Source of the DNA: Polyangiaceae bacterium
Lineage (GTDB): Bacteria > Myxococcota_A > Polyangia > Polyangiales > Polyangiaceae
Length of the DNA stretch: 64,000 nt
Assembly (NCBI GenBank): GCA_050290545.1
Contig: JBNKHV010000211.1
Coordinates: 13,463-77,462 of the forward strand
Direction: 5' to 3'
Below, in pieces: positions 36,635 through 46,760 of this stretch. The notes under the pieces are model-generated. The model saw nothing but the letters and a program-made list of their open reading frames with translations. It made no database searches and was not told the DNA's origin. Position 1 is the stretch's first letter; every line of letters begins with the position of its first letter. The position numbers were made by a program, and so were the translations under genes.

Positions 36635-38461
36635 ATGACGACGACTCGGCTGTCATTTCTACTCTTGCTTTCTCTTTCTTGGTTCGCAGCCAGCTGTGAA
36701 GAGCTGCCCTTGAGGTCGAGCGCGCCTGATTCACGGGGTGTCGCGACCGATGACACGAGCGCACCGCGCGACGGGATTGACGCCGGGCCTCACACCGACT
36801 CGGACGACTCCCGCTCCGGCGACGGAACTTTAACCGGTGATCTGGGCACAAGTGAGTCGCAGCAGAGCGATTCCGATCAGGACGCGTCCGAGGTCGCGGC
36901 GTCCGACCCACGTGATACTGAGCAGGACGGTCCCCAGGGGAACGACTCGGACACGACCGATGCCGGCGACGCCGACGTCGATGACACGAGCCACGGCGTG
37001 GCTGACGCAGGCAGCAGCGGTGCCAGCGAGGTGAACGAGTCCGAAACTGGCGATTCGAGCTCATCGGAGACGGTCGACCCGCAGACCCCTGCACGAGGCG
37101 ATGGCAACGTCGAAGCCAAGGACCCACCGCCGTCGATCCCCATCGCGTGTGAAGAATATTGGCCCGGATACGAGTGTGAATTCTCTCGGAACGCCTTCAG
37201 AAAGCGTGCTCTCGACGCCTTGTGGGAGCAGTGTGGTGACTGCCACAGTGACTCCGAAGGGGGTGTCCCTCCGTTCTTGACTGATCACATCCTGGGGCAC
37301 GACGCCGCCTTGCCGCACATCACGCTCGACGACTTGGCTGCGTCGCCGCTGCTGCAAATGATTAGAGACGGGCATTACTGTGAGGAGGACTGCTACGAAA
37401 AGGCCGACCGGATCAAACAAGGCCTCAGGGATTGGCAATCACGTTTTCCAACGAGGGAGCGGCGGCTCGCTGAGTTGGAGACTGCGATGGCGCGCTGGGC
37501 GGACGCCGGCATCGAGGACTACCAGTGGACAATCGAGAACGTGTGCTCGGCCTGCTTCGACACCTTCGACAATCACGCCCTCGCCGTCGTCTCTTCGAAA
37601 CAACTGGTGTCTCTTCGACTCGGGCCGGTCCTCGAGATCCCGGGTGCGTCTGTGGAGCCGACGTTTCGGCGCCCGTGGTACACGGTCGCGGGACTCTTCG
37701 AAACGATGCGCACAGTTATCGACCTAGCCGTCGACGACCTCACGGTTTCATACGATTCTAGCTACTGGTACCCCAAGTCGGTGACGGTCGACTTCACCAG
37801 CGAGTGGCTCGACGACGAGCACTACTACGAAGTCCGCGACTTCCTTGTGCTCGGGGCAGGTTACTGCGAGGAGCAGGGCGCCTTTCGGTCGGACGCAGCC
37901 ACACTGCAGGCGCAGGGCTGTGCTTCGACTCAGGATTGCGACAGCTGCGCCCCACGCCAGCCGTATACGGTGTGTGGCGGCTTGTACCGACGCTGCAGCG
38001 TGGACGCGGACTGTCGCGCGGGGAGCGTCTGTGTGGACTACGGCGGGGAGGGGTGCGCGAACCTCGGCAGCTATTGCAGGCTAGATTGCACCGAGGACCC
38101 TTGCCCAATGGGTTACGGCTGCGACGGTGAAACCGGACACTGTGTGGAACTCCAGTGCACTGGCGCGCCCGAGCTTTGCGTCGACAGAGACCATTGCCAA
38201 CCCGGCTCCCCCAAAGCCGATCGCCGCGGCTGTGTTCCCCCTTCGTGCGATGAGGGTGCCATCGATTGTGGGTCGTGGGCGCGCTGTGATCCCACATCGG
38301 TGATGGCGATGGCGGATGGTTGCGCGCCGCTCGATTGCGTGAGCGATGGCGACTGCGGTTGTGGCAGCTGCGTCAACGGATTCTGTGCGGCAGCACCGGG
38401 CTTGTGTCTCTCCTGGTCGAGCCCCGAAGAGTCGCCGGAGCCGGGTCCGCCGCCAGACTGA
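36635..38461 (+). CDS. secreted lipoprotein with acidic linker and C-terminal myxobacterial-type Cys-rich repeats
   Basis: MTTTRLSFLLLLSLSWFAASC (lipobox). A D/S/T-rich acidic linker is followed by a central domain with CxxC pairs. The C-terminal ~180 aa hold repeated C-x-x-D-x-D-C...C...C modules (CSVDADCRAGSVC, CVDRDHCQPG, CVSDGDCGCGSCVNGFC). Confidence 0.75.
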   Translation: MTTTRLSFLLLLSLSWFAASCEELPLRSSAPDSRGVATDDTSAPRDGIDAGPHTDSDDSRSGDGTLTGDLGTSESQQSDSDQDASEVAASDPRDTEQDGPQGNDSDTTDAGDADVDDTSHGVADAGSSGASEVNESETGDSSSSETVDPQTPARGDGNVEAKDPPPSIPIACEEYWPGYECEFSRNAFRKRALDALWEQCGDCHSDSEGGVPPFLTDHILGHDAALPHITLDDLAASPLLQMIRDGHYCEEDCYEKADRIKQGLRDWQSRFPTRERRLAELETAMARWADAGIEDYQWTIENVCSACFDTFDNHALAVVSSKQLVSLRLGPVLEIPGASVEPTFRRPWYTVAGLFETMRTVIDLAVDDLTVSYDSSYWYPKSVTVDFTSEWLDDEHYYEVRDFLVLGAGYCEEQGAFRSDAATLQAQGCASTQDCDSCAPRQPYTVCGGLYRRCSVDADCRAGSVCVDYGGEGCANLGSYCRLDCTEDPCPMGYGCDGETGHCVELQCTGAPELCVDRDHCQPGSPKADRRGCVPPSCDEGAIDCGSWARCDPTSVMAMADGCAPLDCVSDGDCGCGSCVNGFCAAAPGLCLSWSSPEESPEPGPPPD

Positions 38462-38508
38462 GGTGGCCTCGCGAGGCTCCCGTTGTCGTCGGCGCTTGCC
38501 GCAGGCGA

Positions 38509-39585
38509 TCACTCGGTGCGGTAGTCTTCGACCGCGCCAACATCCCCGCAGACGTCGGCACGCAGTGCGTTTCTCACGTGGCCTGCCACGTTTGCGACGT
38601 GATCCGGCGTGCAGAGCTCAGCGGCCAAGTCCGGGTAGTAGCAGACGGACTGCCCGCGACCGTAGTTGGGCGAGTAGACGCAGCCCGTGCCGGTATCGTC
38701 GGGGCCTTTGGGCCACCCCAACGCATCGTCGACGCCGTACACGTTGGCTCGCGCGTAGAAGTCGCAGCCACCTGGATCGCCCGTGTTATCGTAGACGTAG
38801 CAGTCTCCGATGCCTGTGGGCCCGATGCCGACGACCGCGTCGAAGATCTCTTCGTCAGTGAGTTCGAGGGCGAGGCGTTCTGCTGCTGCGGCCGTGTTCG
38901 AACCCCCATCGAGAGACGAAGCGCCACTCACGTCGCGCCCCTCCGTATCGACGGCAGCGGCGTCTAGCGTTTCGGGTACTCCCGCGTCGAGTTCGACGTC
39001 CGCGGTCCCGGTTGCGGGTTCTTCCGTGCCAGCACCGGCCGGGCCCGACGCACGTTGGCCGCCGTCCGAGGCTTCACTACTTTCGGTGGAGCCAACTCGG
39101 CTGCCGGGCGACGCAGCATCGCCCGGTTCTGAACTTGCGCCCGAATCAGCTCGGGCCTCGGTCGCGTCGTTCGTCTCATCAGGTAAACGCAGTGCGGTCG
39201 AAGCGTGCTGACAGATGCCTCGACTGCAGATCAGGTCTCCATTGCCTACCTCGGAGCAGTCAGAGTCCTCGGTGCACACTAGCGCGCAGATGCGTCGACT
39301 GTTGCAGTCCGCGAAGCTCGCTTCCACGCACTCGATGTTCGTACCGAGCGATTCGCACGCTTGATCGCCAGAGCATCGCTCCGTGCAGACCCCACATTCG
39401 CACGAGAGGTTATCGGGGCAGTCAGCATCCTTCGCGCACATGGACATGAAGTGGGACTCACTGTCGGCACCACCACCGTCGGACCGCGTACTGGCGCCGC
39501 AGCCACAGAAGAGGGCACTTCCTAGTGCGAGTAGTGCGGTCAGGCGTTTGACACAGCGCCCACGGTGGCGTGCAATCGCGATCAA
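38509..39585 (-). CDS. Cys-rich secreted lipoprotein (partner of the Fis-HTH paralog)
   Basis: MIAIARHRGRCVKRLTALLALGSALFCGCG (lipobox). The N-terminus has CAKDADCPDNLSCECGVCTERC and CTEDSDCSEVGNGDLICSRGIC modules. A Gly/Ser/Ala-rich linker precedes a C-terminal Gly/Asp/Tyr-rich domain. Its start overlaps the stop of the upstream gene (39582-39585). Confidence 0.7.
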   Translation of the reverse strand: MIAIARHRGRCVKRLTALLALGSALFCGCGASTRSDGGGADSESHFMSMCAKDADCPDNLSCECGVCTERCSGDQACESLGTNIECVEASFADCNSRRICALVCTEDSDCSEVGNGDLICSRGICQHASTALRLPDETNDATEARADSGASSEPGDAASPGSRVGSTESSEASDGGQRASGPAGAGTEEPATGTADVELDAGVPETLDAAAVDTEGRDVSGASSLDGGSNTAAAAERLALELTDEEIFDAVVGIGPTGIGDCYVYDNTGDPGGCDFYARANVYGVDDALGWPKGPDDTGTGCVYSPNYGRGQSVCYYPDLAAELCTPDHVANVAGHVRNALRADVCGDVGAVEDYRTE

Positions 39586-40568
39586 CTCTCGGGCTCCTCG
39601 GGGCCCGTGCTCGGCACCACCAGCTGTCCTCCGTAGAACGTGACGCGGTAGGTCTGCTCAGGCTTTTCGTGTGCTTCGTTGTACTGTCGCACCCGTTGGC
39701 GCAGCTCACTGGCGGACTGCCGAAACCTGTTCAACTGCCCGAGCACATCCGCCTCCATTGGGTGGCCGGGCCACACCTCCAGGCTGTACGTGCTTCCACC
39801 GGTGCCTGTCGGGGGCTCATCTCCTGGCTTGAGACGCGCCGTGACCGTCCTGATCACGGCTTCGATGTGGTCGAAGACAGCTGCCTCCCAGCCGTGAGAG
39901 GCTTCGGCTGCCACCGCGAACTCCTTCGCCAGATAGCGAGGGTTCTCTGGATCCTGCAGCAGCTCGACGCGGCCCAGCGTCAACAATCGGTCGAGGGATT
40001 GTTCCAGGTGAGGCGTGCGCACGAGTTCCTCGAGTTCCGTGCGACAGAGCGGCCCCAATCGGTAGATGAGCGCCCAGATGACCGAATCCAGACCTTCGTG
40101 ACTGTCGCTCCAGCCGAGTTCGGCGAGCTCCTCGGCTGTGGGCGGGCGGTACGTGGTCGCGTTGCCTTCGCCGCAGCGGATGACCAGCCCGCTCTCACAC
40201 AGATCGCGCAACACGCCTGCCAACAGATCCGGGTCGTTGCCTCCGAACTTCTCGTAGAGGCTCGCGCGTGACACGTGCTCGTGTTGACTCACGTGCTCCA
40301 GCACTGCTTCCCAAAGCGAGCGGCTCGGGGTCGTCTCCGACCCTGCCAACCGTCGGATCTTGCGCAGGTACGAACGCAATGGCAGGCCGAACATGTCGGC
40401 GCCGACTTTGCGGCTCACGCCAGCGCGCGAGAGCTCGTCAACCAAGCCCAAAAACACCTGCCGTTCCACCCGCATCAGCGGAGCGCGCAGGCCGCCCGCG
40501 GTTGCCAACCGGGCAACTAGCCGCGTCATCTCGCGAACGACCGCGTCGACTAGCAGCTCTGCATGCAT
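39582..40568 (-). CDS. putative DNA-binding protein with N-terminal Fis-type HTH (paralog of 4680-5696)
   Basis: By alignment with the paralog the start is MHAELLVDAVVREMTRLVARLATAGGLRAPL (ATG at 40568). The track ORF to 40643 adds 25 aa. It shares ADMFGLPLRSYLRKIRRL (Fis-type HTH), WEAAVFDH, GGSTY and LRQRVRQYNEAH blocks with the paralog. Confidence 0.7.
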   Translation of the reverse strand: MHAELLVDAVVREMTRLVARLATAGGLRAPLMRVERQVFLGLVDELSRAGVSRKVGADMFGLPLRSYLRKIRRLAGSETTPSRSLWEAVLEHVSQHEHVSRASLYEKFGGNDPDLLAGVLRDLCESGLVIRCGEGNATTYRPPTAEELAELGWSDSHEGLDSVIWALIYRLGPLCRTELEELVRTPHLEQSLDRLLTLGRVELLQDPENPRYLAKEFAVAAEASHGWEAAVFDHIEAVIRTVTARLKPGDEPPTGTGGSTYSLEVWPGHPMEADVLGQLNRFRQSASELRQRVRQYNEAHEKPEQTYRVTFYGGQLVVPSTGPEEPES

Positions 40569-41116
40569 CGTCTCGAACCGAACATCCCTGACTCTGGGAA
40601 CGCCCAGGTGCCGCGCAATGTTGCACACGCCAGAACGATTCACCAGAGGCGCGGCACCCCATCCGGCGTGTCGGACGAGCCTTCTCGCGCTGCTCGATCT
40701 CGATGATTGTGGCAGTCGCCGAGACGCGAGCGTGTTCGGAAGTCAGCAGCTTTTGCGCGCCCGTGCCCACTGGAGCCCGGGCCGGCGATAGCGCCGACCC
40801 ACCCTGGATGGGGTGCTGTCCAGGGCCGTTTCTTCCGACCTTTTCGTGCCGTTCGGGACTCGTCGGGCTACGTCTTCCTGCCTGAGACACCCCCTCGCTC
40901 TGCGGCCTCGAGTCTTGGCGTACCAGTGACGTTTGGGTCATCCCCGCGCTGCAGCAACGCAGAGCCAGTCGGGGCACGCGGTTCGGAGCGCTCGCGGGTG
41001 ATGTCGGGCTGTGATTGGCAGCGTATCAGCGCACGAAGTCACTGAGGGGATTCATCGGTTGGATTCGTCCGAAGAGAGCACAGGCCATACCGACGAATTG
41101 GTCTAGGGTCGCCATC

Positions 41117-41746
41117 ATGACAGATGCCAGCAAATTCGATGCAGCGGGGGGCACTTCGGTCGCGAGCTCGTGTGTGCTCGTCCCGCGGTGGGGCGGCAAA
41201 GCGACCTCCGATTGGTACCCGTGGTTCGAGGAGCAGATCCCCGAGGTGTACATCCTGCCCGTGGTACCCAAGGACGCGCCGCCGCAGGCCTGGCAGCAAG
41301 CGGTCACCGACGCGCTGCCGACGGATCCCGAGCGGTTTTCCGAGACGGTCGTCGTGACTCACAGTCTCGGCATGCATGGGCTCGTCATGGCGCTGAACGC
41401 AGTGCCGTCCGGACCATCCCTACGCGGCGCACTACTCGTTGCGGCTTGGTGGGACATCGACCGTGCGTTTTGGGATCGGATCGAGGAACCCTGGAGCGCC
41501 ATCGAACCTTACCTGGATTACTCGTTCGACCAACGAGCGGTGCAACGCCGTCTCGGCCACGCTGTGGCGCTGATCTCCGACGATGATCCGATCGTCAGTT
41601 CGCCCGCCGACGTGACGAGCAACCTCTTGCAGAGCCGACTGGGCTGCGAGGTGCGCGTCTGTCCCGGGCGAAAACACTTCAATCAGCCCCAGGAACCGGA
41701 CGTGGTCGCCGCGCTTGGAGAGCTACGTCGAGCGGTCACGAGCTGA
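41117..41746 (+). CDS. serine hydrolase of the YdeN/RBBP9 alpha/beta-hydrolase family
   Basis: ATG at 41117 (MTDASKFD...). VLVPRWGGKATSDWYPWFEEQ and the nucleophile motif VVVTHSLGMHGL match PF06821-type Ser hydrolases. Cytoplasmic, with no signal peptide. Confidence 0.75.
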   Translation: MTDASKFDAAGGTSVASSCVLVPRWGGKATSDWYPWFEEQIPEVYILPVVPKDAPPQAWQQAVTDALPTDPERFSETVVVTHSLGMHGLVMALNAVPSGPSLRGALLVAAWWDIDRAFWDRIEEPWSAIEPYLDYSFDQRAVQRRLGHAVALISDDDPIVSSPADVTSNLLQSRLGCEVRVCPGRKHFNQPQEPDVVAALGELRRAVTS

Positions 41747-41793
41747 GGGCAGTTCAGGGCAGGGCCTCATGCTCGTCGAGGGCCCCTGCGCCA

Positions 41794-43443
41794 TCAGTGC
41801 GGGTTGCACGGATTCGCCTGGCAATCCGGGCACTCACCGAGCCGAAACAGGATCTCGTCCAGTTCGCAAGTCGGGAGGTTGTCGTTGGTGTGGATGGTGA
41901 TGGCTGTGCCGAGATCGGTCAGTGCGGGCAGACTGTGAATGGTCCAGAGCTCGGGGTTCTTCCAGAACGCAACCATTTCTGCGCTCTCGAGTGCCGGCAT
42001 CTCCGCAGAGAAGGCTCCCGAGTTTTCGTGCACGTCGATGGCGCTCGCCCAGTTCAAGAGAGGCATGTCGATGACGGACAAGTTCTCGTTGAACGCCACC
42101 GTGATCCCCGTCTCGTAGTCGTTCGGAGTGCCGGCGGTTTCGAGCACGGGGCAACTGACGACCAACGAATCCGTCGCCGAGGAACCGTTCATTTCTATCG
42201 ATAGACCGCCGTCGATGGTGCGCACGGCGGGTAGCACCGCTTCGGACAAGCTGGCGTTGTCGGCGATGGACAAGTCGTGAACCGAGGTCACGCCTGACAG
42301 TGCCGCGACGCTCGTGAGTAGCTGGTTGGAGGCAATGCTTCCGTCCTGCACGTCGGTGAGCGCCCCGAGCCCATCGAGCGTCTCGAGCGCGTCGTTCCAT
42401 TCCACCGCCAATGTCCCGCCAACGGTGCGCAGCGCGTTCAGCCCCACGAGCGAGGTCAACGTTCGGTTGACAGTTATCGTCAGGTCGCCCGAGACGTGCG
42501 CCAAGTTGTTCAACCCAGATAGCGTATCGAGGTTGCGACTTCCGGTGAGCACGACGTTTTCACGATAGGTCAGGCTCTCCAGTCCTTGCAGGGAATCGAG
42601 GCCGTTGGAGTTGAGGATCAGGTCACCCATTCCAAACTGCAGGTCCTCGAGTGCGGACAGCGAGCGAATGTCGGTGCTCTCGAGCTCGAGAGTCCCTCCG
42701 AGGAACTCCAGCTGCTCCAGTCCTGCGAGCGACTGGAGGTCTCCCGACGAGCGAATCGCCAAGTCGCCAGCGATCCGCTCGAGACCGTCCAACCCCGAAA
42801 GATCGACCAAGCCCCCGAGCGCTTCGAACACGAGCGAGCCTTCGATTCTTTGCAACCCCTCCAACCCAGTGAGGCTGGTGACCTGCTCACCCGAGACGAA
42901 TAGCGTGCCCGGTAGGGAGGTGCAGCCCAGTGCGCCGAATTTCCAGACGTCCTCGTCCGAACGCAGATACAGCGTATCGGTGAAGCCAGCGTTGGCGGGG
43001 GATACGGTGGATAGGCTCTCTGCGCTGCAGGCTTCGTCTGCCTCGCTCGCTGACGCCTCGTCCGCGGCATCCATCGAACCCTCTTCTGACGGTTCCTCGT
43101 CGCCCGTCAGCTCGGTGTCATCAGCTTGGGACTCGCTCGCTTCGTCGTCCGAGTCCCACTTTCCTTCCTGGTCACTGCTCGGCGATTCGCTTGCCCCGCT
43201 CCCTTCCGAGCCATCGTTCGAGCTCGTGTCCGACGAGTCCTCGGCGGAGCTCCCCATGGACGTTTCGCTGTCCCACGTTCCGGATCCCGTGTCCGGTGCG
43301 TGGTCTTCGTCGGGCATCGTGTCTGGTTGCCCACCGCACGCAGTGGTGCCGGCGAATGCCAGGATGAGAGCGACGCTCCGGTGAGCGGAACGGCGGATTG
43401 GCTCCAAAAGGAGAACGGAAGCGCTACGAGTGTCTGAGTCCAT
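41794..43443 (-). CDS. lipoprotein with leucine-rich-repeat / receptor-L-domain-like solenoid repeats
   Basis: ATG at 43443 gives MDSDTRSASVLLLEPIRRSAHRSVALILAFAGTTACGG (lipobox). An acidic Ser/Asp/Glu linker is followed by more than 12 repeats of ~22-24 aa (LxGLxxLxxIxGxLxIxxNxxLxSLxG). The C-terminus is Cys-containing (CELDEILFRLGECPDCQANPCNPH). Confidence 0.75.
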   Translation of the reverse strand: MDSDTRSASVLLLEPIRRSAHRSVALILAFAGTTACGGQPDTMPDEDHAPDTGSGTWDSETSMGSSAEDSSDTSSNDGSEGSGASESPSSDQEGKWDSDDEASESQADDTELTGDEEPSEEGSMDAADEASASEADEACSAESLSTVSPANAGFTDTLYLRSDEDVWKFGALGCTSLPGTLFVSGEQVTSLTGLEGLQRIEGSLVFEALGGLVDLSGLDGLERIAGDLAIRSSGDLQSLAGLEQLEFLGGTLELESTDIRSLSALEDLQFGMGDLILNSNGLDSLQGLESLTYRENVVLTGSRNLDTLSGLNNLAHVSGDLTITVNRTLTSLVGLNALRTVGGTLAVEWNDALETLDGLGALTDVQDGSIASNQLLTSVAALSGVTSVHDLSIADNASLSEAVLPAVRTIDGGLSIEMNGSSATDSLVVSCPVLETAGTPNDYETGITVAFNENLSVIDMPLLNWASAIDVHENSGAFSAEMPALESAEMVAFWKNPELWTIHSLPALTDLGTAITIHTNDNLPTCELDEILFRLGECPDCQANPCNPH

Positions 43444-43522
43444 GCCAGGCACCGTAGCTGAGCTCTCCAACCCCGACGGGCGAAAATATCTTCACCCGAG
43501 TGCCGGCAAGCGCGCTGTTCTT

Positions 43523-44935
43523 CTAGGTGGCGGCGTAGGACACACCGAGGTTCGCGATGATCGCCGTTTCTTTGCCCGACGCGAGAGGAACAAGAACGGT
43601 CGACCCGCTGAAGGCGACGATGCATTGTCCTGCACGGCTGTGGCTGAACGGCTTGCTATCCGTTGCGCCCGCCATGCTTCCAAACGGACCGAACGTGCGC
43701 CCCCGGCTCGTCTTCAGCGTGAGCTGCACCACGCACTCCCAGCCATACCAAGTCCCCGTGTAGCCCGACACCTCCGTCAGCAACTCGCCTGGAGCCAGGC
43801 TCACCTCATGCGGCACACCGCTGGAGCCACCGTGCTGAACGCTGGTGTAGGTGACCTTTGCCGACTCGAAGCTACCGGTGTTCACGGTTTGAATCGCGTC
43901 CAGCACGTCTCCCGCGCGAATGGTCAGCGACGAGATTGGAGGGTTCTCAGCCGTGGCGATCAGGGTGGTGTCGTCGAAGCTGGCGTTGGGTGGCGCCGGG
44001 TTTACGAGCTGGTAGAGAATGATTTGCTGCGCTTGCTCGTAGGCGAAGTTGCCCGAGTTGATGCGCCAGTTGGTGATTCCCCGGAAGGGGACTCCGTTGG
44101 AACTGCCCCGTTGGTACGCCTCATAGGCCTCTTGCGCTGTCTGGTCCGGCTCGGGAGCGCCGGGGCCGATGCTTTCGAACTTGGCGCCGTAGGCGAGCAG
44201 GGTCGCGTCGATACCGAGCTCGGTGTAGGAGGGGGGGTATGCTCCGCCGTAGATCTGTAGGTTCACCAAATCGATGTTTGGATTGACGTTGGCGCCGCTG
44301 AGTTCGTCCGTCGAGGCGGGTGAAAGCGTCAAGTAGAGCGGCTTTCCGCCGTTCGCTTTCTGCTGGTCGAAGGCCGCGCGGATGGCGGGGAGCAGCGCGT
44401 TGAAGTTGGCGGCCGTCGTGTCGCTGGACAGTGGATACTCCCAGTCGATGTCGAGCCCGTCGAGATCGTGGGCGTTCAGGTACTCGACGAGATTGGCGGC
44501 GAACTGAGCCGCATAGCCGCTCGCTGGTTCGGGACCCGTGAAGATGTTGTTGAGCGTGTCGCCATTGCCCCAGAGTAGTGTCGCCACCAACAGAATGTTG
44601 GGGTTGGCTGCTCGTGCATCGGCGGTCAGACTGCTGAGATATTGCGCGTTCGTCATCGTCTTGCCGCTCACCTTCGAGGTGTGCGTCACTTCCGGCCACT
44701 CCAAGGTCCAACCCTGCTTCGCGGGAGCAGTGTGGAAGAACCCAACTCCCAACCAGTCGACGCTCTTGTAAACGCCAGAGCGAACTGCCGACTGGAAGGA
44801 GCTCGTGCCGTCGGAGTAGATGGTACCCGATGGATCATCCTCCTGGAGGTACATCCACGCGTTCACTGAGTTGCTGCTTGGCCAGGTCATTGTTTCCTCT
44901 TTTTGTGTCATTGAATGCCGTTGGATGGTAACCAC
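43523..44935 (-). CDS. GH18 glycoside hydrolase (chitinase-like) with C-terminal jacalin-type lectin domain
   Basis: DGLDIDWEYP is the GH18 catalytic motif (DxxDxDxE). The C-terminal ~130 aa (HGGSSGVPHEVSLAPGELLTEVSGYTGTWYGWECVVQLTLKTSRGRTFGPFG) fit a jacalin-like beta-prism. No obvious signal peptide. Confidence 0.8.
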   Translation of the reverse strand: MVTIQRHSMTQKEETMTWPSSNSVNAWMYLQEDDPSGTIYSDGTSSFQSAVRSGVYKSVDWLGVGFFHTAPAKQGWTLEWPEVTHTSKVSGKTMTNAQYLSSLTADARAANPNILLVATLLWGNGDTLNNIFTGPEPASGYAAQFAANLVEYLNAHDLDGLDIDWEYPLSSDTTAANFNALLPAIRAAFDQQKANGGKPLYLTLSPASTDELSGANVNPNIDLVNLQIYGGAYPPSYTELGIDATLLAYGAKFESIGPGAPEPDQTAQEAYEAYQRGSSNGVPFRGITNWRINSGNFAYEQAQQIILYQLVNPAPPNASFDDTTLIATAENPPISSLTIRAGDVLDAIQTVNTGSFESAKVTYTSVQHGGSSGVPHEVSLAPGELLTEVSGYTGTWYGWECVVQLTLKTSRGRTFGPFGSMAGATDSKPFSHSRAGQCIVAFSGSTVLVPLASGKETAIIANLGVSYAAT

Positions 44936-44952
44936 CCCCGCGGACCGAAGAG

Positions 44953-46737
44953 TCAGCTCGCCGCGCTGCGCGGGCCTTCTGCGGACTCCGACTGCAGGAA
45001 CCTGCGCAGCAACGCCACGGCGCTCGGCGACAACGCACGCGTCAGGGGCATGTACAGGGTCGTGCCACGGTACTCGTCGGAGATGCGTTTGAGGATCTCA
45101 CCGCCCACCGCGCGAATGGTCGCCTCGTCATTGAGCGGGATGCGCTTGGACATGGCCGGAAAGGTGACATAGAAGAACCGGAGGGCGTTTTCGTAAACCT
45201 CGTCCCAAGACACGGGCCCATCTCCGAACGATGGGGAAGGGTACCTGCGAAAGTTGATGAAGTAGCCACCAGAAGCACTCGTTTTCGCGCCGAGGGCAAT
45301 GTTCAGTGTCACGTAGCCATCACCCTTGCCGTTGTCCGTTGCCGGGATCACGACTTCGGTCGCTCCAGCAGGCACGGTGATCGTGTCGGGACAATTCAAG
45401 AACTCGCCAGCGGGCAGGGCGCCCGAAGGCGTCAACGTCGTCGTCAACGTCAACTCCCGCTGCAGCGGACCTCCCAATTCGGACACCTTCAGTCGGATCT
45501 CGCCGAAGGGAGTACTTGGCTCGTTGAGATAGATGTTCCGTGGATCGCCAAACAATCGGATGGGGGCCTCGTCGATCTGTAGCGGATGCTTCGGGTTGGA
45601 AGCCCCTATCCGGATCGCATTCTCCGTCAGCTTCTGCGCGACTGCCGGGGTGACGTCCACGTCGTAGACGCCACCGTAGACGTAGTACGTCTCCGGCAAC
45701 GACGCGGTGCGCACGAGATCCGGCTCCGCCGCGGTCCCGATCAACAAGTCCCCATAGTCGAGGTTTGGACCGATGGGGCCGGTGTTGTCTTCTGCATCCT
45801 GCCGTAGTGCCTGCCCCTGAAGCGCCGCCGAAAGGTCGAGGCTGAGGCGGCCAGCTTTTTCGTCGAGCAGCGCCACACCGCTGGAGCCGAGCATGCCATT
45901 CTGTAGCAGTCGCCCTGCAGGACAGGTCGCCGGTTCGTCTGGATACCAGGGCCCCAAGGTGCCGACGATTCTTCCGAGCGAAGGGTTCGCGTCGTTCCGG
46001 TTCTCCCGGTAATTCGCCGCCATGTACTCGGGGGACTTTCCAGGCATGTGCTCGAACATGTTGAAGCGCAGCACGATGCCCTGTGCGCCTTCCGCCTCGA
46101 CGAGTGCGCGCAGCAGCGCGTTCGAGGAATCGAAGGACTTCACCGCACTAGTTGGGAAGGCGACTTGAAACGTCCCGTTGGCATAGACCGAGCCCGGAGT
46201 GGGAAACGGGGGCTTCGTCGTCGAATCGTAGCGCCGGCCGATGAAGCGCGAATGACACACCGTGTCCCACTGGATGTGGAGCAGGGGAGTGCCGCTTCCG
46301 ATCTGCAGGCCCCCGACGTAGATTTGTGTCGTCTGACCGCTGGTCGCGTCCAGGTCGACCATTACAGGGCCACCGTAGGGGCCTGACCCGTTCTTGGGGT
46401 CCACAGAGCCGAGCAAGAATACGGGTGCCCCAATCAGAGCTCCCGTCGCTTGCACGTCTCCGGGAACGCCCGCGGACGAGACCTTGGCATCCATGAAGGC
46501 CACCTGGTGGTCGCCGTAGTAGTTCCAGCCGCCCCGAGCGCTCGCGCCCGGTGTTGGGGACGTGCGCAGGTATTCGATGATCTCGGCATCCGACTTCTGG
46601 CTCACGACCTTTGCCGCAGCCAGATCGAAGAGCTGTTCAGCACTGCCGGGCTTGCCGTATTCGTCGTTGTTCGCCGTGTCGACGTTGGTGCTGCCGCCGC
46701 CCCAAAAATTGATGCGCGGTCCGTTTAGATAACTCAT
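44953..46737 (-). CDS. hypothetical protein (594 aa), operon partner of the GH18 and CxxCH genes
   Basis: Long clean ORF with coding bias. It lies 17 nt before the GH18 start and 23 nt after the CxxCH gene stop. No signal peptide and no recognisable motif. Confidence 0.7.
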   Translation of the reverse strand: MSYLNGPRINFWGGGSTNVDTANNDEYGKPGSAEQLFDLAAAKVVSQKSDAEIIEYLRTSPTPGASARGGWNYYGDHQVAFMDAKVSSAGVPGDVQATGALIGAPVFLLGSVDPKNGSGPYGGPVMVDLDATSGQTTQIYVGGLQIGSGTPLLHIQWDTVCHSRFIGRRYDSTTKPPFPTPGSVYANGTFQVAFPTSAVKSFDSSNALLRALVEAEGAQGIVLRFNMFEHMPGKSPEYMAANYRENRNDANPSLGRIVGTLGPWYPDEPATCPAGRLLQNGMLGSSGVALLDEKAGRLSLDLSAALQGQALRQDAEDNTGPIGPNLDYGDLLIGTAAEPDLVRTASLPETYYVYGGVYDVDVTPAVAQKLTENAIRIGASNPKHPLQIDEAPIRLFGDPRNIYLNEPSTPFGEIRLKVSELGGPLQRELTLTTTLTPSGALPAGEFLNCPDTITVPAGATEVVIPATDNGKGDGYVTLNIALGAKTSASGGYFINFRRYPSPSFGDGPVSWDEVYENALRFFYVTFPAMSKRIPLNDEATIRAVGGEILKRISDEYRGTTLYMPLTRALSPSAVALLRRFLQSESAEGPRSAAS

Positions 46738-46760
46738 CCGGGTTCTCCTCGATGGTGCCG

